The position numbers were made by a program, and so were the translations under genes. A stretch of DNA of 63,566 nt, the filler included, from Reclinomonas americana ATCC 50394 (lineage: Eukaryota): assembly GCA_048213135.1 (NCBI GenBank). It is 26 parts of 26 records of this genome, joined end to end, with 100 filler letters (N's around TTAATTAATTAA, not from the genome) between each part and the next. Parts side by side here need not be neighbours in the genome. Positions count along the whole stretch, not along the records: positions 7,009 to 12,687 come from AFZH01022181.1; positions 12,788 to 14,317 come from AFZH01022183.1; positions 14,418 to 16,637 come from AFZH01022184.1; positions 16,738 to 18,949 come from AFZH01022187.1; positions 19,050 to 25,351 come from AFZH01022188.1; 21 more parts are not named here. One strand, written 5' to 3'. The notes under the pieces were generated by a model, which searched no databases, had not been told where the DNA came from, and saw nothing but the letters and a program-made list of their open reading frames with translations. Numbering within the stretch: the stretch's first letter is position 1; each line of letters opens with the position of its first letter. Shown here in pieces: positions 9,344-19,743 of this stretch.

Positions 9344-12300
9344 CGCTGCAGCACCTCGCGCGACTCGGGCGACACTCCTGCCTGAATCGGCGACTCCAGC
9401 AGTGCACCGTGTTGCCGCAAGATGGCGCCGAGCGAGCCGGCCAAGTGCGCACGTGCGTCGGGGATTTCCGGGAAGGCGTCGATCTCGGGGCGCATGGCAA
9501 AGCGCAGCTCAGCGTACCCTGCCTCGTAGCCGGCGGCGCCCTCCTCGTCAATGCCCTCAAACAGCTCGTCCTCCGTGGCCTCATGCGACGGAGCGTGCTC
9601 CTGCAGACACACCATGTCAGTCGGAAATATGACTGCTATCATGCCACCTATCAGTGCTTACCTGCGTGGCGTACTGCAGTGACGTGTCGAGCAGTCGCAG
9701 CCTGCATACAATCGAAAAAGCAGGGATTGGATATCTGCAAACAAGACTTGTGCGGCAACAAGAACACGCACCAGAACGGCAAGAACGCCTCGGACAACAT
9801 GATCTCCGACTCGCACAGGAAGCGCGAGAGACCAATCAGTGCCAGCCTCTGCTCCTGCTCATCGTCAATCTGCTTGACCTCCGGCAACCATTGCTCACCA
9901 ACAATGACAAACAGCCTGCGCGCGAAGACGTGAGCAACACGTGACAAAACAAGACTCATCGACAAGAAAAAAACGCACCCTGGTTGGATCGACTCGATGC
10001 GGTCGATCAGCACATCGGCCGAGTATTGCACGGCAAAAGTGCAGAAGAAGAGGATCAACGAGCGCACAAACTTTGACGTCTTCAGGTGCATCATGCGCGT
10101 AAAGATGATCTTCAGGATCTCGGTCAGCTCCTCGTTGTAGGTCTCCCTGTGAGGCAAGGAAGGAATGAGACACCGCTGCTTTCAAGAAAGACCAAGCGAT
10201 CGACATTCGGCGCAACAGTGGCACATTCTTCACAATGGTGATCAGCATCTGGAAGGCCAAGTGATCGCTCAGGCGGCTCGACAGCAGCTTCTGCCACGTG
10301 CCCAGCAAGTGCGTGCGCAGCTGGTGATCCAGCAGGCGTTCGGGCATCTTGATGATGGAGGCCTCCACAAGTCTGCGATGAGGGGGCGGAAGGATGAGAA
10401 CCGAGGAGGATATAGGTGCCGGAATGACATAATGCCCACTCTGGATCGGAAAGAGCAGTGAAGAATGCAAGATTGCAGAGAACATGTGCCGGATCCACTC
10501 CAAGCTGGATGGAGCAGTGAAGAATGCAGCATTGCAGAGGCCAGGTGCCAGAACACCTCCAGGTAGGAAACAGCAGTGATGAATATGAAAGCAGCAGGTG
10601 CGAGAATGACATAATGCCACTCTGGATCACAAACAGTAGTGAACAGTGCAACAACTTCAGAGAGCACATGCCAGATCCACCCCCGGTTGGAACAGCAGAG
10701 AAGAATGCGACAGGTGCCTGAACGAGAAAACGCTCACGCAGAATAGAAATGAGCAGTAAACAACGTCGACTTCATCTGCAGGCGCTAGGCTCACTCCAGG
10801 ATGAGTACAGCAGTGAAGAATGAATGCAAGAACTATCTCCAAAACCAGAAAGAGCAGTGAAGAATGCAAGCGTTTCAGAGGGCAGGTGTCTGAACAAATG
10901 AACGCTGACTCCAGATTGAAAACAACAGGGAAGAATGCAAGATTGCAGTGGACTGGGTAGACATCCAAGATCAGAAGAAGCAGTACAGAATGAGCAAGGT
11001 TTTCAGAGAACAGGGGTCTAAACAAATGCATGGCTATTCTGCATCGAAAGCAGTGAACGCAGTGTCAGACCCACTCCCGGTCAGAAACAGTAGTGAAGAT
11101 AGATTCACAGGACAGGTGCCAAACGAAATAGCGCTCACTTTGGCAGGCACTGCAATGCACCAGTCCTCTCAAGGCTTCTTCGCTCTTCCCCTTCTCCCTC
11201 CCTCCCCCTTCCGCCACCCTTCCCCTTATACCCACAAACCTCGTCAAAGCCGGCAAATTGCTCTGTCGCTCCCACAACTCCTTGCTGAGGATCGGCTCAA
11301 ACAGCTCGCCATAAATGGCGGGCACTGGCGGCTGCCGTCTCTCCAGCAGTAGTGACAGCACCTGGAAAATGTACGGGTGGAACACTGGCAGGTCGGCCTG
11401 CAACATCTCCGTGAATGTCGGCAACAGCGCCGCCTCGAATCCCTCAGCACGACCGGGCAAGAAGTGCACGAGTGCCACAATCGTCTCGAACAGGAAGCGA
11501 TTGAAGCCCGGCAGGCGCGGGTTCTTCGCAATCGCGGTCAGAATCAATTTCAGGTGCTCCAACATGACATCGGCGAACGGCTCAATGGCGTCCTCGACGA
11601 CCGAGGTGATTTTGAGAATGCCTGTGTGATGGGATGAGCGACAAGGAGCACCGATGAACGCGGAAGAGAGAAGTGGGGGACCAAACAATAAACCAAGACA
11701 CACACATCCCATTCTCTCCTTTAACGCAACAGCGCATGGCGTACTCGTTCTCGTTCGACTCCTTCGGGTACACAATGCCAAACAGAGCACCCATCAGCGG
11801 CTCGAGCATCGGCGCCAGCTTCATCTTGTCCATGCTGCGACACAACAAAAGAGACGTAAGCAGCACATTTCCAATGATCTACATGCGCACCGAGACTGAC
11901 CGTCGAACTCCGTCGTCGCGCACATTGAGGAAGCGGTCGATGCATGCGGCAGCGTACGAGTGGACGACAGTGGCGGAGGAGCCGAGGTAGCGAATGAGAA
12001 TGTTGAACATGTCCGGATAGGAGGCAGGCGGGATCTATTCCGGGAGAGCAATGTCAGCAAAGGTGGGAGAGCGACGTCAGGGAAAGGTGGGAGAGATTGA
12101 ACAGGTGGGAGATATTGGACAGCCAACGGTGGAGAGATTGGACAGTAAAATGTGCAGAGGTTGGACAGTCAAGGGAGGGCGAGAACGAGGAGCCAACGTT
12201 GGAGAGGACAGAGAAAAAGTTGGGAGAGACTCGACAGTAAACGCAGCGGACGTTGGACAGTAAAAGAGGGAGAGAACGGAGAGTCAAATGTGTGCGAGAA

Positions 12301-12654
12301 AGGCAAGCCAAAGATGGGAGAGATTGGTGAGCAAAAGGTGAGAGCGAACGGAGACATAAGGAACAAAGCCGACTTCATAATGTCGCCACCCTCCCCTTCC
12401 CTTCAGACACACACCTGATTGCGGAACGCCGAAAGGAAGCGGATGCAATCGGCCTTGATAATCGGCAACGCATCAACGTTCTCCGACGCCAACTCGCTGA
12501 GCACATGCTGCTCCATGAACTCGAGCAGATTGATGAACTCGTTGACCTCCGAAGCACCCTGCGTCTCCGACGAGCGCTTGAGAGCCATGGCAGTGACCAG
12601 ATACAGCGCCACGTCCTTGGCCATCCAGTTGTTGGCGGGGTCGGCGGCGTATTG
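9344..12654 (-). CDS. CSE1: Exportin-2 / CSE1 (importin-alpha re-exporter), partial; exons 12654-12415, 12034-11901, 11834-11731, 11621-11240, 10372-10217, 10146-9979, 9915-9772, 9701-9662, 9600-9344
   Basis: NWMAKDVALYLVTA, PIIKADCIRFLSAFRNQ, VVHSYAA, ENEYAMR, KNPRLPGFNRFLFE, FHPYIFQVLS, LWERQSNLPALTRL, QKLLSSR match CSE1/CAS; all junctions GT-AG and in phase; 5' part lost at the contig edge, final exon not located. Confidence 0.9.
10410..11120. repeat. Degenerate ~60-bp minisatellite inside the 867-nt CSE1 intron
   Basis: Core AGCAGTGAAGAATGCAAG or variants recurs about 12 times (near 10453, 10512, 10570, 10633, 10692, 10751, 10807, 10851, 10924, 10978, 11048, 11087). Confidence 0.8.
12060..12330. 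repeat. Short degenerate repeats (GGAGAGATTGGACAG-like) in a CSE1 intron
   Basis: gagagattgaacag, gagatattggacag, gagagattggacag, gaggttggacag, gagagactcgacag, gacgttggacag. Confidence 0.65.
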
Positions 12655-12655
12655 C

Positions 12656-12686
<31 letters not shown>

Positions 12687-12787
12687 TNNNNNNNNNNNNN
12701 NNNNNNNNNNNNNNNNNNNNNNNNNNNNNNNTTAATTAATTAANNNNNNNNNNNNNNNNNNNNNNNNNNNNNNNNNNNNNNNNNNNN

Positions 12788-13133
12788 CGCATCGAGGAAG
12801 CCGCCGGCATACATCTCGGGTGAACCAGCCCGAGTTCATGATCAGGATGTCGTACTAGCCGCGCTGGGCGCGCACCGAGTTGCGCTGCTTCTCCAGCGAG
12901 CCGGCGAAGGGATTAACGTCGAGCTCGACCTTGTTGCCAGTCGCCGCCTCATAGGCCTCGACCGTGCGGCGGAAGCTGGCGAACCAGGGCGACTGGTTCA
13001 CCACGATGGTGATCGGCGCCTGGCCCTTGGCGTAGAGCGGCCGGATGCTGCCGGTGCCGAGCGCAGCGCCGAGACCGGTGGCCCCCATCCCCTTCAGGAG
13101 ATCGCGTCGCGGCAAGCGAAAGTCGAAGCTCAT
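12788..13133 (-). CDS. Sugar ABC transporter substrate-binding protein, N-terminal fragment with Tat signal
   Basis: RRDLLK twin-arginine leader; ITIVVNQSPW...YEAATGNKVEL; in-frame TAG at 12855-12857 followed by YDILIMNSGWF, near the contig end. Confidence 0.75.
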
Positions 13134-13204
13134 GTCATCCTCCCTGCGAAACCGTTCCACGCTGGTCGGCCGTCAGCTTAACGGCTTTCCGACATCCCGT
13201 GTTC

Positions 13205-14317
13205 TTACCGGCAGAAGACCGGGCTGGCCCAGGCCCACTGGCCGTTGGCCTGGCGCATCCGAACATAGACCCAGTCGCCTGATCGCAGCGGTTCGAGTGC
13301 GATCTTACCCTGCCATTGCCACTGATGCGGACGGGGCAGGGGGAAGAGCCTGAAGGCGGGGCTGTCGATCGGGCCGAGATTGGCCGCAAGCGCCCCGCCG
13401 AGCAGGCGCTCCGCCGTCACCTCGAAACGCTGGCCGTTGGCGTCGAGCACGAGGCGGGCATCGCTGCCGAGCCGCACGCGCGCTGCGACCGCCTGCATTG
13501 CCGGCGTCAGGTTGTTCGGGTTCGACGAGGCGGTGATCGAGAAGCCGATCCGGTTGCCGTCGAGAAAGACCTCGTCCTCGTCCTGCCCGTCGGCATCGCC
13601 TTCGAGCGGCGAGACGACCTCGTTGCCGCGCAGGCGCGGTTCGACCGAGAGAATCTCGCCGCCCTCGACCCGCAGCGATCCGCTCCAGCGATGCTGCCTG
13701 CCGCGGGCACCCCAGCCCAGTTCCAGGACGACGATGGTCTCCAGCCCGGCGCTGTCGCCATCGATCGGGGATGCCTCGACCTCCGGCACCACGCGCCGCA
13801 CCAGCGCGCCGTTCCGGATGACGTCGATATAGTCGATATGGCCCGGCGCGACGGCTTCGAGGCGAAGAGTCTGATCCGCGGCCGCCTCGACCTCGCCACC
13901 CGGCATCGCCCCGCCGAGGGTGAAGAAGAGATGGGCATTGTCGCCGGTCAGCGCGCCGGTGCGCCGCTGCATGATCGCGTCCCAGAGCGCGCCGCGATCA
14001 TTGCTGCCGGCATAGACCACGGAACGGCCATGCCCGTAGGAGCCGGGATAGCCGCTATGGTGGTCGGTGTTCCCCAGGAAGCCGAAGCGGTGCCCGAGAT
14101 CGAGCCCGTGCCGCACGGTCGAATGGCCGTCGCTCGGGCCCATCGAATGCAGGAAGGCCGGTCCATGATCGAGGTCTCGGAGCAACCATGCATGGAGACG
14201 ATCTCCAGCACCGGCGACAGCTCGGGATCGAGCGAGGTCCAGTTGATGCCGCGGGCGCCGAGCCGGTAGCCGAGTATGATGGCGGAAGGCGAAGGCGCCT
14301 ACCGGCTTCGGCCTGCA
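13205..14317 (-). CDS. PHP-like metallohydrolase (DUF3604-like), C-terminal part, apparent frameshift near 14170-14185
   Basis: EIVSMHGCSE, GFLGNTDHHSG, LWDAIMQRRTGA and terminal WVYVRMRQANGQWAWASPVF. Confidence 0.65.
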   Translation of the reverse strand, partial: CRPKPVGAFAFRHHTRLPARRPRHQLDLARSRAVAGAGDRLHAWLLRDLDHGPAFLHSMGPSDGHSTVRHGLDLGHRFGFLGNTDHHSGYPGSYGHGRSVVYAGSNDRGALWDAIMQRRTGALTGDNAHLFFTLGGAMPGGEVEAAADQTLRLEAVAPGHIDYIDVIRNGALVRRVVPEVEASPIDGDSAGLETIVVLELGWGARGRQHRWSGSLRVEGGEILSVEPRLRGNEVVSPLEGDADGQDEDEVFLDGNRIGFSITASSNPNNLTPAMQAVAARVRLGSDARLVLDANGQRFEVTAERLLGGALAANLGPIDSPAFRLFPLPRPHQWQWQGKIALEPLRSGDWVYVRMRQANGQWAWASPVFCR

Positions 14318-14417
14318 NNNNNNNNNNNNNNNNNNNNNNNNNNNNNNNNNNNNNNNNNNNNTTAATTAATTAANNNNNNNNNNNNNNNNNNNNNNNNNNN
14401 NNNNNNNNNNNNNNNNN

Positions 14418-14829
14418 TGTCGGCCTTGAGGATCGGGCGCTGCGTCAGGTCGCGATAGACGATCGTGTAGTCGCCATGGGCGAAGGAATGGATCTCGTAG
14501 CCGGGAAAGACGATGAAGCGGCCGGGTTCGTCGGCTGCGGCGAGCGTGGCGAAGTGCCCGGGCCAGAGCCTGTCCAGCCGGGCGAAGCCCTTGACGTGGA
14601 AGTCGACGATATGGGCGACGCTGGCGTCGTCGACCGGCATGTCGGGCCAGTAGGCATGACCGGTCACCGAGACGAAATCGAGCTGCCGGCGCGCCCGCTT
14701 CAACGCCTGCTCGAGGCTGCCATGCCCGTAGGAAATGCCGCAGTGATTGTGCAGATCGCCGTAATACGGCCTGACCCCGGCCTGCGAGGCCAAAGGTGAC
14801 AGCCTTTCCGGAAGGCGCTCGCCAAGCAT
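14418..14829 (-). CDS. PHP-like metallohydrolase, N-terminal part (probably the same gene as 13205-14317)
   Basis: YYGDLHNHCGISYG, LDFVSVTGH and FPGYEIHS metal-binding motifs. Confidence 0.7.
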
Positions 14830-14938
14830 GCCGTTCCCACCCGCTTATTGATCTTTCAGGTGGGCACGCTAGCGCGGGTCAATATATATTGCAATGTACC
14901 TCTGACGCGATCTCGCCAGAGCCCGTTTGGAGCCCCCG

Positions 14939-15057
14939 CCCTCGTCCTGAGGAGCCGCGCCAGCGGCGTCTCGAAGGATGCTCCAGATGGTTTCGGAGCC
15001 TCCTGAGCCATCCTTCGAGACACCATTTCTGACGAAATGGCTCCTCAGGATGAGGGT
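14939..15057. repeat. Rhizobial intergenic palindromic element (REP/RIME/MITE-like)
   Basis: Nested inverted repeats ccctcgtcctgaggagcc...gtctcgaaggatg / catccttcgagac...ggctcctcaggatgaggg. Confidence 0.8.
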
Positions 15058-15080
15058 TCGCAGAGTTTTCAATCCGAATC

Positions 15081-16184
15081 TTAGAGGTGCTTCGGCTGCG
15101 CCGTGCTGCCCCGGACGACCTGGTCGCAATGCAGGTAGACGATCTGCGGCGAGAGCTGCGGCTGCTCGATCCGGCGGCGGATCGTCTCGACCAGCTTCTC
15201 GGCCGCCTTGCGCTGCGAGCTGCCGGCGATCGTCATGACGCCGAGATGCTCGCTGGGGACGTCGCGATGGCCGAGCACGACCACGCTCAGATCGTTCGGC
15301 CAGTCGATGCCGAGCCTTTGCAGTCCCTGGGTGACGCCCAGCGTGTCGGAGATGCCGAGCGTCAGCAGCGCGGTGAACGGCAGCCGGCCATCCTCGGACA
15401 GGAGCGGCTCCAGCGTGTCGGCGACGGCGTCGAGCACACTGTGGCTGGGATGCTGGACGCGCTCCAGCACGATCGGCGGATGGAAGCTGAACCGGCCCCG
15501 CTCGATCGCTGCATGACGGCCGAAGGCGCGGCGTGCTGCCAGGATCGGCTGGGCCATGGTGTTGATCGACACCAGGCCGAAGGAGCGATGGCCGAGATCG
15601 ACGAGCTGGCGCAGCGCCATCTCCAGCGCATCCTCCCAATCGGTGCCGATACGGTCGATATCGACGCCGGAGACGGTGTGGCCATCGACGACCAGCGCCT
15701 TCGCCTTCTGCTGCAGGAGGTGCAGCAGGCGGATGGGGATGCTCTCGTAATGCGACTGCAGCACGACCGCATCGAAATCCGGGATCGAATTGAGGATCTC
15801 GAGCAGATGATCGGTGTGGTGGTAGGAGATCTGCACCACCTTGGCGTCCTGCCGCGACATCTCCTCGACGATGTAGTTCTGCACCAAAGCGCAGCGCTCG
15901 TTCATGCTGGCGTTCGACAGGATGAGAAGGCTGTCGAGCCCGGTCTCGCGGCTGCTCTCGCCGGCCCGTGCCGCGCCGCCGCGGGTGACATAGGTGCCGC
16001 GCCCGACCTGCGAGACCAGGAGGCCTTCGCTCTTCAGGTGATCGAGCGCTTCCTGGACGGTCGCCTGGCTGACCTGATGCTTCTTCATCAGGTCCCGCAC
16101 GGTGGGCAGGCGCGCGCCATCCTCGAGCCGCTCGATCATCTCGGAGAGCGTCTTCAGGACGATGTTCGCCGATCCGTTGCGCAT
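15081..16184 (-). CDS. GntR-HTH regulator with LacI-type periplasmic-binding-fold effector domain
   Basis: RLPTVRDLMKKHQVSQATVQEALDHLKSEGLLVSQVGRGTYV; C-terminal LVDLGHR, PNDLSVVVLG. Confidence 0.85.
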   Translation of the reverse strand: MRNGSANIVLKTLSEMIERLEDGARLPTVRDLMKKHQVSQATVQEALDHLKSEGLLVSQVGRGTYVTRGGAARAGESSRETGLDSLLILSNASMNERCALVQNYIVEEMSRQDAKVVQISYHHTDHLLEILNSIPDFDAVVLQSHYESIPIRLLHLLQQKAKALVVDGHTVSGVDIDRIGTDWEDALEMALRQLVDLGHRSFGLVSINTMAQPILAARRAFGRHAAIERGRFSFHPPIVLERVQHPSHSVLDAVADTLEPLLSEDGRLPFTALLTLGISDTLGVTQGLQRLGIDWPNDLSVVVLGHRDVPSEHLGVMTIAGSSQRKAAEKLVETIRRRIEQPQLSPQIVYLHCDQVVRGSTAQPKHL

Positions 16185-16312
16185 GGGTCCCTCTCGACAG
16201 CCTCCCGATGCGACGGCGCCGAAGCGTCCTGGCCGCATACAATCGCCGCCGGCGCGCTGCAACCGCAGATACCGGCTTCGACTCGCCGAGCCTCATCATA
16301 CGCGCTCAAATA

Positions 16313-16333
16313 CAAATTGCACTTTACAATTTG
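16313..16333. promoter_or_regulatory. Candidate operator, inverted repeat CAAATTG-N7-CAATTTG
   Basis: Perfect inverted repeat in the divergent intergenic region; similar ATTGCAATGTAC at 14888-14899. Confidence 0.5.
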
Positions 16334-16389
16334 CCTTCTTGCATTAGCCTAACCTGAGGGCCGGCTCGAAGACCGGGGGAGGAGTGCCG

Positions 16390-16637
16390 ATGAGCTGCGC
16401 CGGCGATATCTCGATGCGCGAGCCGGACGCGACGCCCCAGGCGGGCCGTCGGACGCGAGCGCCGTTCATTCGGATCGAGGCCGTGCACAAGGCCTTCGCC
16501 GCGCGCCAGGGCGGCGAACTCATGGTCCTCGACAGTATTGACCTCGACATCGCCGAGAACGAGTTCGTCTCCCTGATCGGTCGCAGCGGCTGCGGCAAGA
16601 CCACGCTGCTCAACATCATCGCCGGCTCGACGCCGCG
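16390..16637 (+). CDS. ABC transporter ATP-binding protein (NitT/TauT-like), N-terminal fragment
   Basis: [22 protein letters not shown]alker A; GGAGG RBS upstream. Confidence 0.85.
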
Positions 16638-16737
16638 NNNNNNNNNNNNNNNNNNNNNNNNNNNNNNNNNNNNNNNNNNNNTTAATTAATTAANNNNNNN
16701 NNNNNNNNNNNNNNNNNNNNNNNNNNNNNNNNNNNNN

Positions 16738-16867
16738 CGGAGATGTCGAGCTCGGCGCGGGACAGGGCCTGCACCCGATCCCCGCCGACGCGCGACAGCG
16801 CCCGGGCGAGCCGGCCGCTCCCGCCGCTGACGAGAACCCGGATGCAGGGCTGTGGCCGCTCGGGCAT
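16738..16867 (-). CDS. dTDP-4-dehydrorhamnose reductase-like SDR, N-terminal fragment
   Basis: RVLVSGGSGRLARAL...LSRAELDI is an RmlD-type N-terminus. Confidence 0.6.
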
Positions 16868-17221
16868 GGTCTCTTCGGCAAGCTGGGTGTTCACGGCTAC
16901 CAGCTATTGGCCAATTGTGTTGAAAAATGCTTGGCCGAACCATCTGCTTTGGCCGGGCGATCATCGGCTGGGCTCAATATGAGCCGTTCGCAGCTTCTTG
17001 CCGCTGTTGGAGATCTGCTCGATTGCCGGCTCCGCTCCATGCAGCTCGGCGGGCCGGCCAGCCCGACGGCTGTTGCCAAAGCGGCCTGATCCGCCGATGT
17101 TTCCGAGGCAGGATCGCCGAGCGTTGTTTGGCGAGCCCTTCCTTGACTGTCGTCACACGGGTTGCAGACTCACCTGCTATCGACGTCGCTCCATGATGGG
17201 TTCGAGCGACATTGCACGACC

Positions 17222-17899
17222 GTGAAGGGGCATGATTTGCACCAGCCGATACAAGGGCGCTTCCACTTCAATCGCGCCGAGCTTTGGGCCGATGGCCTGA
17301 TCCATGTGCTTGGAATCGTGCTGGGCATCGGCGCGGTCGCGTATCTGATCGCGCGCGTCGGCGCAGCGGCCCCGGTGCCCGCGGTGATCCCGGTTGCGAT
17401 CTACAGCACGGCGCTGATGGCAGTGCTGATCATCTCGGCCGTCTACAACATGCTGCCGGTTTCACCTTTGAAGTGGCTGATCCGGCGCTTCGACCATTCG
17501 GCGATCTACGTTTTGATCGCGGGAACCTATACGCCTTTCCTGGCGCGAATGGGCGAGAGCGCGGTGGCGCATATCCTGCTCGCCGTCGTCTGGATCGCAT
17601 CGGCGGTCGGAGTCCTGCTCAAGGTCGCCTTGCCCGGCCGATACGATCGCGTTTCGATCGCGCTCTATCTTCTGATCGGCTGGAGCGGCGTCTTCGCCTG
17701 GGAGAGCATCGCCCAGCTTCCGAGCGTCGCCTTGTGGTTGATCGTGGCGGGCGGCCTGCTCTACACGCTGGGCGTGGTCTTCCACGTCTGGCAGACGCTC
17801 CCGTTCCAGAACGCCATCTGGCATGCCTTCGTTCTCGTTGCTTCGGGCTGTTTCTACGGGGCCGTCTTTCAGGCCTATGCGATCACGCCATCGAGCTGA
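17222..17899 (+). CDS. Hemolysin III / PAQR family membrane protein (start approximate)
   Basis: ELWADGLIH, RRFDHSAIYVLIAGTYTPF, GGLLYTLG, AIWHAFVL. Confidence 0.92.
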   Translation: MKGHDLHQPIQGRFHFNRAELWADGLIHVLGIVLGIGAVAYLIARVGAAAPVPAVIPVAIYSTALMAVLIISAVYNMLPVSPLKWLIRRFDHSAIYVLIAGTYTPFLARMGESAVAHILLAVVWIASAVGVLLKVALPGRYDRVSIALYLLIGWSGVFAWESIAQLPSVALWLIVAGGLLYTLGVVFHVWQTLPFQNAIWHAFVLVASGCFYGAVFQAYAITPSS

Positions 17900-18413
17900 C
17901 CGCGCTCTCGACCTTCCGGATGGTCAAAGCCGGACAGCTCGCAAAGCTGGCGCGGCGTCACGCGCGTGCGAATTGCAGCCGATGAAGGCGGAGTGCGACC
18001 GGCTGAACGCGAGCTCGCAGCGACGCTGCGCTGGGCGGCGGTGAGCCACCATCGCGCTGCGATCGAGCGGCTGGACGCCTGATCACGGCGGCGAGGAGCA
18101 GGCCACTTGCGAGAGCCAATTTTTCCCAATCTGTCTGGTCTACGCCCGCCAGGGGCTGCTGCCGCTGAAGGCACGGGTGTCCATCGACTGGACGGCGCCG
18201 CGGCTGAAGCGCGCCTTGAAGAACCTCGCTGCGCCCGGGCCTGCGGAAGAACGGCCCGGCGAATAGACCTTCCTCCGTTGGCCCGCCGTTGAAAGCTGAT
18301 CGTGGTTTCCATCTCAGCCCTTGAGAGGCTGCTTATCGCTTTCACTGTCTGCTGACCGGCTGAAGTCTCCCCTAGGTATTGGGCATCCTGAAGGCCCAAA
18401 CCGGAGACTTAAC

Positions 18414-18836
18414 ATGACTGCCAAGACGCTCTTCACCGCCAATGTCCACACCGTCGGAGGCCGCGAAGGCTGGGCCAAGAGCTCGGACGGCCAGCTCGAC
18501 GTCAAGCTGTCGGTGCCCGGATCAAACCGCCCCGGCACCAACCCGGAGCAGCTCTTCGCGGCCGGCTGGTCCGCCTGCTTCGAGGGCGCGCTCGCCAATG
18601 CGGCGCGGGAACAGGGCATCAGGCTTCCGCCGGAGACCGCGGTCGATGCCGAGGTGAACCTGTCGCTCGATGAGGCGGACGGATACGTCCTGAGCGCTCG
18701 CTTGAACGTCAGCATCCCCGGCGTCGCCGATGATCTCGCACAGCGGCTCGTCGATCGGGCGCATGCGACCTGCCCCTATTCGAAGATGACCCGCAACGGC
18801 ATCGCCGCCAGCGTCGCGCTCGCCGTTTCCGCCTGA
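18414..18836 (+). CDS. ohr: Organic hydroperoxide resistance protein
   Basis: GGREG, GTNPEQLFAAGWSACF, AHATCPYSK; GGAG RBS. Confidence 0.95.
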   Translation: MTAKTLFTANVHTVGGREGWAKSSDGQLDVKLSVPGSNRPGTNPEQLFAAGWSACFEGALANAAREQGIRLPPETAVDAEVNLSLDEADGYVLSARLNVSIPGVADDLAQRLVDRAHATCPYSKMTRNGIAASVALAVSA

Positions 18837-18844
18837 GCCCGATG

Positions 18845-18885
18845 GCTGTCTCGGCGGGCGGATCGTTCCCTCGCGCCGAGACAGC
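18845..18885 (+). terminator. Stem-loop just downstream of ohr
   Basis: 12-bp inverted repeat gctgtctcggcg / cgccgagacagc; no U-tract. Confidence 0.4.
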
Positions 18886-19091
18886 GGCGCGGAGGAGTGC
18901 CTCATCACCCTCCGCGTCCTCGCTCAAACCTGACGGCAATCCAAAAGAGNNNNNNNNNNNNNNNNNNNNNNNNNNNNNNNNNNNNNNNNNNNNTTAATTA
19001 ATTAANNNNNNNNNNNNNNNNNNNNNNNNNNNNNNNNNNNNNNNNNNNNTCTGTTGAAACGGCCTTGAGGCCTTTGGTGATCGGCGGTGTG

Positions 19092-19733
19092 CTAGCGCGT
19101 GGTCGTGGCGAACTGGCGTTCCAGGCGCGCGCCGTAGAGCGACAGCGGCCAGCACATGATGAAGTAGAGAACGCCGACGATCCCGAAGACGAGCAGCGGC
19201 GCGAAGATCTGGTTCGAGATGATGTTTCCGGCCCGGGTCAGCTCGGTGAAGCCGACGATGGCGGCGAGCGAGGTGCCCTTGATCAGCTGGACCAGGAAAC
19301 CGATCGTCGCCGGCAGCGAGATCCGGATCGCCTGCGGCAGGATCACGTCCTTCATGCGCGAGACATAGCCGAGGCTAAGCGCCTTGGCCGCCTCGGTCTG
19401 CCCCTTGGGCACCGCCTCGATCGAGCCGCGCCAGATCTCGCCGAGATAGGCGCTGGCATGCAGCGTGAACCCGATCGAAACCGCGACCCAGGCATCGAGC
19501 TTGAGCCCGATCAGGGCCAGTCCGTAATAGACCACGAAGAGCTGCATCAGCAGCGGCGTGCCCTGGAACAGCGCGATGTAGCCCGCGGTCACGCGCTCCA
19601 GCAGCGGAAGCTCGGATGTCCGCGCCAGCGCGACGGCAAGGCCTGCTACGCCGCCCCCGACGAAGCCGACCACCGATAGGGCCACGGTCCATTTCAGGCC
19701 GGTGAGGAGAAAGAGGAATTCGTCGGAACCCAT
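19092..19733 (-). CDS. Amino-acid-type (HisM/GlnP) ABC permease
   Basis: FQGTPLLMQL, SAYLGEIWRG, GQTEAAKALSL, LIKGTSL. Confidence 0.93.
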   Translation of the reverse strand: MGSDEFLFLLTGLKWTVALSVVGFVGGGVAGLAVALARTSELPLLERVTAGYIALFQGTPLLMQLFVVYYGLALIGLKLDAWVAVSIGFTLHASAYLGEIWRGSIEAVPKGQTEAAKALSLGYVSRMKDVILPQAIRISLPATIGFLVQLIKGTSLAAIVGFTELTRAGNIISNQIFAPLLVFGIVGVLYFIMCWPLSLYGARLERQFATTTR

Positions 19734-19743
19734 GACGTTCTCC

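Noticed and set aside
10410..11120. CRISPR array
   Set aside because: Repeats are degenerate, linkers resemble each other, it lies in a spliceosomal intron and no cas genes are present.
12855..12857. Amber read-through or recoding in the sugar-binding protein
   Set aside because: About 70 bp from a contig end with an apparent frameshift just after; other bacterial genes here end normally in TAG. Most likely a sequence error or pseudogenisation.
12600..12900. Bacterium-to-eukaryote horizontal transfer junction
   Set aside because: The switch happens at an artificial spacer, as it does at 59955; no contig mixes the two sequence types.
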